Below are positions 40,601-54,800 of a DNA stretch of 64,000 nt, in pieces. The stretch's first letter is position 1. The number at the start of each line of letters is the position of its first letter. Both the position numbers and the translations under genes were made by a program. Source of the DNA: Trichoplax adhaerens (lineage: Eukaryota; Animalia; Placozoa); NCBI RefSeq assembly GCF_000150275.1, contig NW_002060945.1, positions 3,619,172 to 3,683,171 on the forward strand, given 5' to 3'. The notes under the pieces are model-generated. The model worked only from the letters and a program-made list of their open reading frames with translations, made no database searches and was not told the origin of the DNA.

Positions 40601-43600
40601 ACCTTGGCCATAGACCACTAGAAGAATACCCTAGGTTTTCTTCTAGTAGGCCATGCCTTGGCGAAGCAAATACTGTCAAATCTTTAATAAAGATTCACAG
40701 TTAGGTAGCAAAAGAAATGCATTTGTACTAAAAGGGTCAATACGCTCCATATTGTTGACTTCTAAATTATATCGAAATATGATGTACTTTAATCTCATAA
40801 GACAATAAAATGGCATCTTTTATAGCATTACATTGTCGGTTACATTCAATTACTAATCTTGAAATAGAAGGTTGAAGATAATTAGAAACAAAGACCATCA
40901 TCGATTCAACCCAGAATAGTACGTAAAAATCCATGAAGTATAAAGTTCAATGAATACATCTCGAATTATATTCATGTCAGCAACTAGGACTGTTTTACTT
41001 ATTCTCTATACTAATCACAACGACCAACATTAATGTTTAAGCAACACATGCTTACGTAACTACCACGATGAAATTATTTCTTTACAGCAGTAGCTAATAA
41101 AATATGATGATGAATTAGGTTTTGGATGTTAGTTCGACGGCATAATCAAATGTGTTAACTGAAATGTAGACTAGTCAGCTAGTCACGTTATCCAGAATAA
41201 TGCATCATAATACACAGTAAACATTTCGGTCATAGATTAGTTATATTTCAATTTTAAATTGGCCATCTCGCAATGTAATCAATACTACTAGTAATCTTGT
41301 AGTCGATAGTATATGAATGTATTTCTGCAGCAGAAACAGTCTCCCATTTAGCATCAAAAATAGTACACTGTATATGACTACACAAACGATAAATAGTCCT
41401 AAATTTGTTGATTAATATGTAAAAATATAGCCATCACAGGACAAACTTACCGCCACTAGACTTTGAACGTTCTTCTGTTGCAGGAGTAAGCGCAGCGAAG
41501 CAACTTGCTCGTTGTCAGCTAGCTTCTCATCATCTAAGGACTCCAAAACGGTCTTCAGTGCATCTATACCAAAATTATTAACGGATATTTTACAGACTGC
41601 ATCTACATCTCTACGTACATCTAAAGATTAACCATAGTTGTATTTAGTATAAAACTGTCAAAATACAGTAAATCGAATAACCATCTTTGAGCAGTCTATA
41701 GATTTACAGACCAAGCTAAAAAGCAACCTAGCAGCCGCTGTCAGGGACTACTAAAATAGTTGTCCCTGCAACTGTACAGTACCGTACAGTACAGTGCGAG
41801 ATTTGGTTACAGTACATTGTATTGTAGGCGGCTATACTGTCTTTCAATCATGGCGAGGTTTTCTCGTTTCGAGCACGAGCACAACGTCGATTGGCAAGCT
41901 TCCCCAATTCCTTATTACTAGGCGTTATTATGTGCGGTACTGTACAATCAGCGTTCTACACTTTATAGTAATCAGTCGCAGAGATTTTGCATACAATGTC
42001 TCAGTTGGCAATTTAGCCAGCAAAGGCAATGGCCAGCGGTTAGTAGAAAAAGTTTTAATTAGAAATCTAAAGTATCTCAAAATTTATTTATAATACAATG
42101 CGGTAATACTAGAATTTGTATTCACCTAATAGGATTATTTGCTTTTACAGCGGTTGGTCTACAGTTATCAATTAGTAGGGGAAAAAAATTCGCGTCCTTG
42201 GGTTTTTGCTCTCTCTTTTTTTACCGTGCACCGTAGTAGAATAGTAGGACATAATCAGTCCAACAGCAGTGTACCTTGTGCACATTACGTTTAAATTGTG
42301 TACGTCGTACTACGAACACAATCGTCGAATTTCAAATTGAATACTCTGTAATTGCTTACAATTTTAAGATCTTTGAAATCTATTTTAGATACAACATAAA
42401 CCTACATACTGTAAAGCAATTACACCCGTCACAACCATACGTATCAATATGAACGCTTCATTAATCCTAAAGCAAAATGTAGCTTTACGCTATGCAAGTA
42501 AGGTACACAACGATGGACACAGCATTCGCCTATCGTGCGCAATTTTATGTAGCCCATAAAGTAACTTTAGAGAAAGATAAGTTGCAGGAAACAGATAATT
42601 AATTATTCTTTCTCTTGAACAATCAAGTAAACTTAAGTAAAAATCAAGTTGTGTTCACGCAACAAATACTTTGCAGTTGTCATTGAGTATTTATCCCTTG
42701 TCAGCAATCACCGCCCTCCCTACGCAACGCTATACTAGATGCTAATAAAGCTCAATACGCGTAAAGCACAATTCAAATGTTAGAACAATTTTACCTTAAA
42801 AAGATTGTAAGATTTTAAATACAAAAAAACTGAAGATTAAACTAGTCAAGACTGCAGTGAAGAAAAAAAATATTTTATACATTACTGTAGCATAGTACAA
42901 CGTATCTCAGCAAAAGTAATTTGTTTCCGTTAATAGATCACTTGTGAAATTTTAGGCAGCATTTTTTCCTCATTTCCCTTCGCTTTGATTCAGATCACAA
43001 AGTGAGAAAAATTAAGAGAGCATTTAGCAAACTCAACTCCGCATCTCCACGCCCTTAAATAACTGGCAGTACGGTAGCGTATTACTGTATTACTAAGCAC
43101 ATTCAATCAGGAAATATTTCGACATGCAGAATCACAAGCTATATAAACTCGTAGTCACGTCTCCACTTACTTTCCTAAAAGCTTACTAATTTGATTTACG
43201 ATCCAGTATTTTCCACTATAACAACAATGCAAACAAATTTTGGCCACCAGAATTAAAAAACATTTCAAATTTGCGATTAGATTTTAAGTACAGTGCGATA
43301 CGGTAGAGACAACGTGGACCGTGAGCTGATGAGATAGTTTACATTAATTATGAGCAAAATCATAACAATAATAAATAATTATCGACTATCTATCGAATAA
43401 AGAGTCTAAAGTCTTTGTATATCCTATACTCTGTTGTGAAGATTAATATTGGAGATATACAAATTGCTCATTGAGAACATAGTTAATCAATAATGCTCAG
43501 TAGATTTGGGATTTATGGTCCGATTAGTTAGACCGATTGTGAATATTTGAACGCGGTTAACGCATACAATACTGTACAGTACATAAATAGCATGAAGTAA

Positions 43601-45453
43601 AACGGTATTTATAGCCTAGCAGAATGTATCGCTAACGATGACAGGGTTCTATAAAATAAAATAGTATAGTATCAAGACACTTGGATGTGAACTATATAAT
43701 TATTAACCACCCACAGGTAATGCGGCCCACTTGTGCATAATACATTACTGTAGTACGTTTTAAAGTAGGTCTGGTCATCTCGATTTCTATTATCGAGTGT
43801 ACTGTACAATATACAGATTAGGTAAACTGTAATAACTAAACCATACTAAAAATTAAATAGTAGGGAAAAGAGGCTATAATCTGCTCACGGATCCTCGATT
43901 TATTAGCGAGGCAAAGCTGCGTAAATCGAATTTATAGTACTGAATTAGCGATAAAGCGTAAACGATAAACCTTAAGTGACAGACGGATATATAATCCTGA
44001 TCATTCGCTTCACGGTTACTGATTATGATCAACACGCTGGAACGAAAATAGTGAGCGAAGCATAAGTTTTAATACTAAGTCACGGTATTATCTAGGAAAG
44101 ACAATCGAGTGTAAGTATGCCGCACTAAAAGCGAAAACTTTGACTAGTCGTATGGCTCCAAGCGAACATCACAATCACGTAGACTGTACAGTAGCACATC
44201 ACTTTGTATCCGCGCTATACTGTCATTTACTGAAGTTTTTCCGTTATATTGTGGTATTTGTACTTTAGATTGAATTCTCATATTATAATCTGCAACAATT
44301 GCTACTGCTTCTATCTCGAAGTTCAGAATCGGTTACATCGCAGTGATCCTCTACCATATCGATTTTCGGTACTGTCATGCCGTAGACTATAGAGTGCTTC
44401 AGCGCTATTTTAACTACAATCTAATACCAGACCGTAAAGAACAAAACCAGTAAATCCGGAAAACTAATCGCTTCATTTGGCGACGATTAAAGTTGCCCCC
44501 AAAATTGTGTAACCGTCGGATTAAAATCAAATTGTACTGTATTAGTAGCTTGGAGTCAATGCCTTGTACACTGCTGCAGTGACTGATTTTGTTTCAAATA
44601 TTTTCAACGTAAAAAAAGTTGGCAAATGTCAAAAGCCACACGTGCGGAACTCATGCACGCAGGCAAAGGTTTCCGTTTGCACCTGGGTAGTTTGATTACA
44701 GTTTTTTGGCTGGCTTCATGAACTCGACGATATTGACTGGTCACCGTATACTAAAGTATTATAGCAATCGCTTTAAAACAGCACCCAACTCCAATACGGA
44801 ACTGTACCGAACTTTTATTACACGTTCCACAATTCACTACAGTCCCACTACCGTACAGTACTGTAGTTCAATATTACTGTACTGTACAGCGTCCAATCCA
44901 GTGTAGTGGCGTGCCGTCAACGGAAAATAACGTATTTTAAATGATTCAGTAAGTAGTTTGTAAACTAGAAAGTAGTTGGGGAAAAAAAAAAAGCGTAAAT
45001 CAACTATTGAAATTGTAGAATAGAGAAAAAAATTGGGAATTTTTTCTGTAACGAAAAGAGCGTGTTAATACACCCAAATGGAATATTGTACTATATTGGC
45101 ATGCAGATCCCGCTAGGAGGTCGGAGTTGAAAGTTTTGCAACCTTTAACACGACGTAAAACAGCAGCACGGCTTATCGTACTGTACTATGGATAGCATGT
45201 GTACACTCGTACTGTCTAGTGTAATGTACAGGACGCACTACTACTGCAACACTAAGTAGACGAAGGCGAACTTCAGACACAAACAATGTATCAACCAGGG
45301 GGTTATCGTCCAAAATGGCATTGAAGTTTTAGCTTCAACATTATCCAACAAAATTTTGTAAAACTATCTAAAAATTACCTACTTTAAAAAATATTTTTCC
45401 CATTACTAAATAGACTTACCTTGGGCACTCATAGAACAATCTGCGCTTGGCAT
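37639..45453 (-). CDS. p55-subfamily MAGUK (L27-L27-PDZ-SH3-HOOK-GuK), MPP2/MPP6(PALS2)-like
   Basis: First coding exon 45420-45453 MPSADCSMSAQ joins phase 1 to DALKTVLESL... PDZ PLGITISSRNGHCYVARILHDSMIHVQGLLHIGD; SH3 AYFNYYPEKDPQIPTKDAGLEFEKGDILEIVNLDDENWWQAR; MYVVRNNMDFERHGVVTYEEV; GuK LLGAKGVGK, PYTTRP, FLEWGRYQNNYYGT; C-terminus WVPTSWVY*. No CaM-kinase domain was seen. Confidence 0.92.
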
Positions 45454-46049
45454 GTTGACTTGCGAACGCTCGAGGAAAAACACAGTCAAAGTTTGTCAAG
45501 TTTACAGGCTAGGATGTACAAACCCTACAACAAGCCAGTAAGTGAAAAGAAATGGTCGAGGAGTAAAATGGATATCTTCAAGACTTTTAGCGTGTGTGCA
45601 AATCAAACAACAATAGAAAGGATAGCGTACCGGATTACGTCAATAGTTAAACCTTGATCAATTGGCTAATGTAACTGCCACGTGGTTCTCAACGACCCGC
45701 AGTGGATTCGTTGTTTGATAATATAATCACTAAAATGTGCGCGCCTACTATCAGCGATTTGATTGGTTGGATCTCATTCCTGAAGTACTTTTCTTTATCT
45801 GGCAGAAATGCCTCGAACCAGTAATGTACTGAACAATCATCCAATAGTGTCACTGTACAGCGGAATATTGTGTACACAAGTACGCGGTCGTATCAGGTCG
45901 TGTTCACAGTGTTCATTCACACGTACGGCGTTGGTGCATTGTTTGGCCTACAGTCATCTAGGATACTGAGATCAGCAGTATTGTTCCAATCTGCGTTTTG
46001 TACGCTAGTAAAGAAAGGATAGAAAGCGAATAACTGATTCTTACCAACA

Positions 46050-47400
46050 ACTACAGTACTGTACAGTGCAGGATTGTTCCTACGGCGGATGATTCATGCA
46101 AAGCGTCACGAATGGCGGCATACTGTACGCTGCATATTTTATCTTTCCTTTATTTGAATACGTACAGTACAGTACAGTACTGCCAACTAATTTGAATACT
46201 TTACGACGAACAGTGTGTCAATACGCTACAGTACAGTACAATGTACAGTACTGTACAGTACACTAGTGCTGAATATACTGTAGATCATAACGGTTGACCC
46301 GAACCGAACTATCTCAGGTCTACAATACAGTAGTGCTGATACTACAGTACAGTACCTTACAGTATGCAGTACAGTACAGTGTACTGTACAGTACTGTACG
46401 GTACGAGGATACGGCATCAACAAACTTCCGTTTCAAGATAGCGGACTTTACAGTAGACCGACGTAACGTTACTATTAATGAAAGAATGAAAGAAATTAAG
46501 AAGTTACCGTATGCCGCTGAATCATGTAATAGTTTTATTTGGCGAACTACAGTACCATCATAACATGATTTTCAGACATCAATCTATTTATTTGTTTATT
46601 AATGCTATAGAACTTTATTTTCCTTGATGTACCACTAGAGCACTACGGTGCCGGCTGTGCCCGCAAGCACCCGCAATCACGTACAGTACACAGTGCAGTC
46701 TAATGTACAGTACAGTACAGTACTACTGGTGTTGATACTGTACTAAGCTCAGCGGTTAATTACTGTAATTAGTAGTAAATTCCAATACTGTCTTTATTGT
46801 ACTGTACAGGTACTGTACAGGATAGTAGCAACGGTACTAACCGAACCTTTTTCAGGTCAAAACTGTACTGTACAGTACAGTGTTGATAATTAATTAATGA
46901 ATAAGCTGTCGTAGCTGGATTGTAAAAAAGTGGGTGTCGCGGATACGGCAGAAATGATTTGAGTGCTTTGGCCACTATGTAACATTGATCGAAAAACTAA
47001 ATATTGCAGGAATCCTACTTCAGCACAAGACCACATAAGCAGCTAAGCCACTAAATCATGATTATATTTGCACTACTATGAATGAAAGTACAGCAGATGC
47101 CAGCTAAACATAGCCGAGAACAAAGAACTGCACGAAACTTAGGTTGGGGTATGGCCACAGAATTTTTTTCCAGGGGACGCTCACTTTTCAGAAATTAAAG
47201 AACCATACAGTACTGTATACAGTATTACGGTACAGTACAATAAAAAACTGTACTGTACAGTACAGTGCAGACCCACAATCTGATGGTTGATTCTACCGTA
47301 CTGTACACGGTACCGTCACTCGTTAATAAGAATGACTTTGACGCACAACTGTACAGTACTATACTGTACAGTACAGTGTAACGTGAACAGTACTTTGACC
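46050..47400. repeat. Dense mixed TACAG/TACTG pentamer field upstream of the MAGUK gene (putative promoter)
   Basis: Many runs such as tacagtacagtacaatgtacagtactgtacagta. Candidate leader-exon donor GTAAGA on - strand at ~46040-46045 and AATGGCGGC at ~46111. Confidence 0.85.
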
Positions 47401-48801
47401 CTACTCGCTAAATCGACTAATTTTACTGAAATTCTTACTGTTGTTCTCGATTTATTTTGCATCTTCATATAACGTTATCCAACTTGTCAACTCGAGTCCA
47501 TCTACCGATCGTTCAATACTACTTTGGCATTTCGATATTGAATGCAATGAGAAATAGCTAAGACTGCATCCCACGGCGTATCTATATTGTATAGTAAAAA
47601 CGCCTTAACATTTGTTCTATTTGAAAGACTCGACGACCATATTCACTACCTCATGCTGTTCATGGTACATCAATATGTTTAATTAATGCACAGTATTGAA
47701 ACAACCTTTACAATAGAGCTATGTAGTACAGACTGTACGGTAGACATTGCATTGAATCTGTAATGGTTAGCGTCTGCGATATAGCGCAGTAGGGTTTGAA
47801 CACGGTTAGGGGTCCCATTGGATTCTGGAAAATCTCGGGCACATGATCAATGTCCGACGATGATACGCATGCAATGGCTAGAAAAATAAATACGGTACAG
47901 TATGAAGATGAATCGGCACTACAGTAGTTAATACAGTATACTGAGAAAATTCTTAGAAGTCACTACTGTGCTATGCAAGTACAGTGCTGACTTGATCACC
48001 GTTGGCATAGTTGATGCCTTTACCAGTACAAATACAAGTCAGCATAGTCAAAATTTTAGGCAATCGTATGGAGGCCAACTGTTTTACTGATCAATTGAAC
48101 TGTAGTGTACTGATCGATAAATGTACCATACTTGTTACCCGGTTGCTCTATCGGACTGACTGGGTATGGTTAGCGTTAAAATGCTAACCAATATAGAACA
48201 TACATATATTATAATTAGATAATCATAATTTTATAATTAATGCAGTATACAAATTTCTACACTTTCTGGTCCATAAATCATAGTTGCTATTTGAATTTAT
48301 TTTAGCAACACAATATACTGTGATAATAAAGATATCATTTTCTCTATGCAATCAGTCACGATCAACTTACAGTAGTCGATGCTGATATAGAACAGCGAAC
48401 TTTAGAGTAAAATTGACGCTTAATTTGGGAGCTAAGCGTAGAACAACTAACCATTAAGTTAATTAAACCATTCCAAATTTGATATCAATCTTACATACAT
48501 AATTAATTATAATGTTTGTTTCGATCTGTAGAAATAACACAGCCACTTTGATATAAATAAGGAGACGAAATAAATTGTGCTAGACTCCTGAAAATCACAT
48601 ATATTAACAATAATTTTGAATGAATATGAAATATCTCACAAAGTTGCAATTCTATAAAGCAAGTACTTTAGAATTTAACGGCCGTAATCGAAAGATTTAG
48701 AAAGGAATATAAATACAGTCAGAAAAAATCAACAATAATCTGAGGCCCTTAAATTCGGAATAATTATATAATTTGCCTACGTGATACAATCGAAGAATTA
48801 T

Positions 48802-51800
48802 TTACTGAAATATAGTATCATTGCAAAACGTTCCCGCCATCCTGAATTCATCTTTTGTACAGGCACTATATAATCTTTGCGGAGTTGGCCTAGAAGATGA
48901 TACCGGCCTACTTAGCTGGGTTCGTAAAATAAACTCCTGAGCCCATATTTCGCTTAAGCCTAGCTTCGACGAACTTAACTCTTGCTTGGCTACATGAGGT
49001 TCATTGAAAGTCTCCAAAGCAAACTAAAATAAATTTGTTAGTTAAAGTTTACGTTAATACGCATACAAATCAAATGTATCCTAAGTATATAAATAGACTA
49101 TATGAAAACCTTCTTCGATGAAACAAACGCTTGATTTATGATCTTTCCTAATAGACCCTTTCCAGAGCCCTCGATTGTAACTTCAGGTTGATTCAAAAGA
49201 TTACCAGCAAAGCCTTCCAGCTTCCCTAGACCATAATCTTCAACTTCGTAACATATAAATTTTGCAGCAAGAGACTGACGTGCTGAAATTATGCACTCTA
49301 TGCTCTTGATATCTTTCAGCAAATCCTATTTTGTATAATGAAATAAATATAACCATTTTACCAAATAATAATTGAAAGCCGAAAAAAGCAATTACGTGCC
49401 TGATATAGGGGAATGATGTCAACTGTATGTTCTTTAACACTTAAACGACAGGCACGACTGACAATGCTGTCAATCATGGTATTTACATTTGGTAAGTTAG
49501 ATAAATCTGTAATAAAACAAATAGTTGTAAGAGGGAAAGATTAAAAATACATCTCTAATCTATTTTATAAATTAGATTAAATATATCAGCAGGTATATAT
49601 TGTACATATAGTTCATAGTAATACTCTACCTAAAGATTTAGCACGGAATATGGCAGCATGAACTACCACTGAAAGTAACTGCAGCGCTACTTCAGATGGT
49701 TTTAAATTATTAAGGTAGTGGAAAACCTAAACAATAGATAAATGTCAGTAATAATCTATTACTCCACAAAATAGACAGTATTTAGGTATTTAAATTCATC
49801 TAGTATACATAAGTTACCTTTTCCGCTTCTTTCGTATCATCGAATAACCTCTTTTGTTTATAAGCAGGACTGCGCTTAGCAGCTTCCCATACCTCCGCCC
49901 AAATATTACCAGGTATGCGCATTCTAGTGCTAAGATGGCCTTGCGTATACCACTGTAAAAGATACAAAATTCAATTCAATCTACAACAAAGAGAATTTAC
50001 AGTAATAACTTTGAATAAAAATAGCTTACATTGGGATTATACGAATAATCTTTGCTATCCGTATTGTGCCCCCTTTCATTAAAATTTTTCGCTCCAGGAT
50101 GACCAACGCGATTGGCACTTTCGTCAGTAGATCCTTCACTACTATTTTCTTCCTTAGAAGTACTTTCGTTTACATCAGAAACCAATTGATTTTCTTGGTT
50201 ATTTACATCTTGCGCCTCATCATCAGTGATCATATGCCAATCACTATCGTCATCTTCAATTACAGAAACGTTATCTTGAGTCAAATTTTCTTGACTACCG
50301 CTGCATTCTATCGGTATCCAATCGCGCGGTGAATACCATCGAACAAAGTCTTCTAAGATGCATCCCGGATTTGCCGCCTAAATTTTTAATGAGAAAGAAT
50401 TTAGTTTACTGGTACGTACCTTCGTAATTTAATATTGGAGTAAAATGCAAAACCTTAAAAGCTTCCATGTCCGATAAGAGAGAAGCACTTTGCATACGAG
50501 CACGAATACGAATGCCTTCTTCCGATGTTCCAAGTTTAGTAAGAATCTCAGCTTGTTCTGACAACATATCTTCCGTCATCGGAGTTGGATCCTGTATTAT
50601 AAAGCAGCAATTAAATCAAGTTCTATGGTAGCTTAATCTCAAAAACTGGCCCTTTACCTGGGTGATAGGAATATTCATGGGAGTTTTTGTTTCTAGAAGT
50701 AATAAATTGAATTCTTCCTTTACACCTATAGGTATTTGCATATCACTACGATCGTCTTCATCTGTACTATCGATTTCGTCATTCCGGTCGTCCATTGTTG
50801 TAGTGACATCTTTCAAATCCTCATCATAACTTTCTGTTGACTTCTCAATGTTATCTGTTCCAGGTTTAATTAAAGTATCAGTTGCTCCATTTGAATCCTC
50901 AATTTGGCTTTCTTTCAGCGTATCAACGGTTTTATCTGCCTCATGTTTCTCTACCGTATCTGTATTATCCTTTGAATTCTCACTTTGGTTTTCTTCCGAC
51001 TTCTCCATAACTTCACCCGCCTCATATTCCTCCATTGTTTCGAAGAATTCATCTTCACTACTAGATGCGTTATCTTTTACATAAATATCGCCATCAACTT
51101 TTACATTTTCTTGATATGATACAGATTCTTCCTCTCTATCATCACTATAATTTAATTTACTAGTCAGGACCTCTTCCTCTGTTTCGCGACTTTCTAGCAT
51201 AGATCGCATAATCTTTCCATAGCTTAAAGAATTCCCAGATTTGAAAATAAGATTTTCGGAATGCGATCGTAATTCACGTTTGCGTCGTTGTAGAATACAA
51301 CAGTTAAGCATCTACATCAAAGGCACGTCATAAGAATATTTTCATTGACACGGAGAAAATGATATTACCTATTACATGGCACTATTCATAATTACCCATT
51401 GAGAAATTAAAACATTCATGCATGACACCAGCGAACGTACCTGAAACTTTTGATGTAGTAGACTAAACTGCAAGTTTGGAGCCTCTAATTCCAACCTAAG
51501 ATCGAAGATATGAGCATGAATATTTCCCCTTGTTTCAGAATTTAATACGCTAAAAATTAATGGCATACATAGGAATAATGATATTGTTTTCCCATCTATA
51601 GCGTAACTCCATGATAAATTCTCGCCACAGATGAGCGATCGCTCTTAGACCTTGTAAGAAAAAATTACTCTTAACCACATAATCTCGGAAGAATATTTAG
51701 CGATAACATTAAAACTTTTCGACTAACCTCCATAATTTCTATTGATTATACATAAGCTTATTGCTAGTGTGTGTGTCAGACTACCCTCAGGAGCAGACTT

Positions 51801-54800
51801 CAAGCCCCGAATAACAGTCTGAAATAAAAAAATTTTTAAGGTCATCACTTGTCGTATTCAATCACATTTTTAATCACAATCGAGTTTTTGCTATACATTA
51901 ACTTGTAATCAACTTACAGATGAATTGCTATTGTATTTGTTTATCGGATGCCAAGAATAATCCGTAGCAGTGTTATTGTGGTAAAAGCTGCTCGACTGAT
52001 CGCCATAAGATCTGTCTTCGGTTTTTATTGAATCAGGAAAAAGGCACTAAAGGCATAGTTGAATTAAAATAGACAATAAACGATAAACAAATCTAAGCAG
52101 CAAGGCTAGGAATAGCATACACTAGACAGTATTGCAACACCTCAGTACCTGCATTACTGTAGACAAGACTGCTGAAGGAATGTGCGATTCCTCACTCCCC
52201 GCGCGACTTACACGATTCGTCGCTTTAGACACAATGCGCGCCAGGCCCTTATCAAGAATCGGATGCACCGAAGAGTCCGTGATTTTATCTAAGGCCTGAA
52301 CGACATGACTGTCCACTAAGTGAAGGGATAGATGTCAATATTTTCAACCGTAGAAATAGACGATGTATGTATTACTTTAAATGCAGATGTAAACAATACT
52401 TACTTTCGACATTGTCATAAAAATTCGCAAAACCGATTAATTCATCAGTACTTTCAACACTTCTACATACATCTATGAAGCGGCTCAAGTAACTCTCTGT
52501 AATATAACCGAATAAAAAAATCGTATCAAGGCAAGCGGAAGCAATAGTTGATTTTCAGTGTATGTTTCGGCACCTAATAAACATGGCTTTTTCGTCATTA
52601 CAGCTCTTACAGACCATAAAGGTGCTTCATATGGGTCTAGATCACTTACGTAAAGAATATCGATGTAGTGTGAAATCGAAGCTTTGAATTAAATATTTAA
52701 TATGCATGAACATACCTGTACAAGTTGTTATCAACAAGAGCCGATTCTGCAACACTTGGCCAAGTAGCTGCAAGATAGATATCACTGCGATTTAAAGAAA
52801 AATGAAGATATTGTAATGACCTTATTGCAATTAAAAATTGGTATATTTGTCGGAATTATCAATCATATTCAGACCATTTACTTATAGAAAGTTAACGAAA
52901 CTAAAAATTTACATAATTTTAAAGTAATTTACATCATAAAGAACTAAAAGAGATAAAGGTTATGCGAACGGTTTTCGTAAATTTGACTGCATGCCTCAAC
53001 AAGCCAAAGTAATCTTTCACTAATTGTTAATGATATATTAGCACTATAAACCTGTTAAATGAGTGTGTTATACTTAGCCTACGATAACGGAAACATACGT
53101 GATCGGATCTTCTATGCTGCCAAAAGGTAAAGATTGAAAGTCAGAAGTGCCTATGCCTCCGGTTATATAGTTTGAAAGGTCTACAGAACGAGAGTAAACA
53201 GAAATCATCACATATCAGTTTTAAATAAACCAACAATATTCTATCAGTACTATACCAGGTATTTCCTGTGGCACCCAAGGCGAATATGTAAAGCAATTTA
53301 ATATATAAGTTTGACGAATGGAAACAGATATTTCCGCAGAAGGTATATATGAACACTGAAGTTAAAAAAATGTTATTTTCACATTTAGAAACGTTGCAAA
53401 AGTTAAATGATATTCCTTACTTTAAAAATTTCTATCACACATAAACTTACTAATTTAGACTTGAAAATATCTATTAATCCAGACAAATGTCTATACTGAG
53501 ATGGGGTATTGTTCAACTGTACCATCTCGAAATTGGCACGGAAATTTCGATTGAGGCACAGACCAACATATAGTCGCCGTCGTAATTGCTGCAGCTGTAA
53601 AAATATTGGTAATTCACTGCAATACAAAAATGAAATAGTGAAACAAAATCGAAACAATGGAGAGCATCGTACAGCATATCACTGACGACATTAGTATTTA
53701 GTTTACTAGGATCGAATATAATGCACGAGCTTTCAGATTACAAGCAATCATGACCTACCATTTTGTATTAGAGAGACAGATAGATACCGCACTCAAAAGC
53801 TGATTGCCTTTTGATTCACTCGTGATAGCATATTCTGCCTTCGCAGGAGTAATAGTTATGAATTCTTTCACTCCGTACCTTTAAGGAAATAATGATGTTG
53901 TCAGTCATACTCACTATGCGTACTACGAGCTAAATTCGTTATGAATGACTACTGAAATTTAAACGAAGTCATATAGTGACAAATATATTTTATTTATCTA
54001 ATATTATAAAAGAATGCGCTATACTTTGTTTAGTAGCTAGGAAGTACATTTCAATTAACAAAATTATCTTATGACAATTACCAGCGAGTCAAACAGTGAG
54101 CTCTCGATGGAAAATCATTAATTGTTGATTGCATATCGTACATCATTGGAAGAAAAGTATCTAAAATATATATAGTGTTAGATTAATCTTAACGATTATA
54201 AAAAAGTGAGTGTAATAATGAAAAAAATTCTTTGCAATAAATACCATCATTAACTCCATCAGGTCCTTTCACATTACTATAACAATAGTGAGTAACTGAA
54301 TATGGACATTCTCTGAAAACGATAATTTCTTGATGTCGTTGATCTGGTAGTTGCTTTCGAGCTTCATCCTCCTAAGCATTCATGTTAAATTCAATCACAA
54401 TCGAAAAACATTCAGATATGATGGTTCGCCTTATTTACTTAATAACTACTGTAAAAATTTCAAAAATACGTTAGTAAAATTAATAATTATGTAATAGTCA
54501 CTCTTACAATTTATGTACATGTTAAGCTAATTTTATTTTATCAAAATCTGATCGAATCAATGCAGCAATCTAGCGTAGAATAGTAGATATGAGAATCCGC
54601 ATGACAATTTTTTGATCAATACAACTGTACTACAGTATGATAGCTAGGAAAAAATATAATCATATCGGACTTTATAGCAATGTACTGTAATAAGCTACCT
54701 TATTACTACATAGAAAAAGTGAGATTTATTTCTATATTTCTGATTAAATTCATTGCAAAGTTCCATAACGCCATCATTGTATCTGAGACTATAAAGCTTC

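Noticed and set aside
41103-41162. Possible C/D snoRNA (ATGATGA...CTGA)
   Set aside because: Antisense to the host gene, with no terminal stem and no recognisable guide.
37639-45453. Calling the MAGUK CASK
   Set aside because: No CaM-kinase domain exons upstream. The short MP... N-terminus and the MY...FERH motif fit MPP2/6 better.
47145-47180. ggggtatggccacagaatttttttccagggg, resembling a MITE terminus
   Set aside because: No matching inverted partner or target duplication was found in the window.
47765-47830. tRNA-like TAGCGCAGT segment
   Set aside because: Only a short local hairpin (ctgcg...cgcag), with no GTTCRA T-loop or acceptor stem.
50066-51084. Plus-strand hydrophobic/Ser-rich ORFs (50066-50332, 50848-51084; likewise 4249-4449, 22504-22692, 27361-27609, 39428-39649)
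   Set aside because: Antisense frames of real exons of RAB3GAP1, SPATS2, MPND, TPGS1 and the MAGUK.
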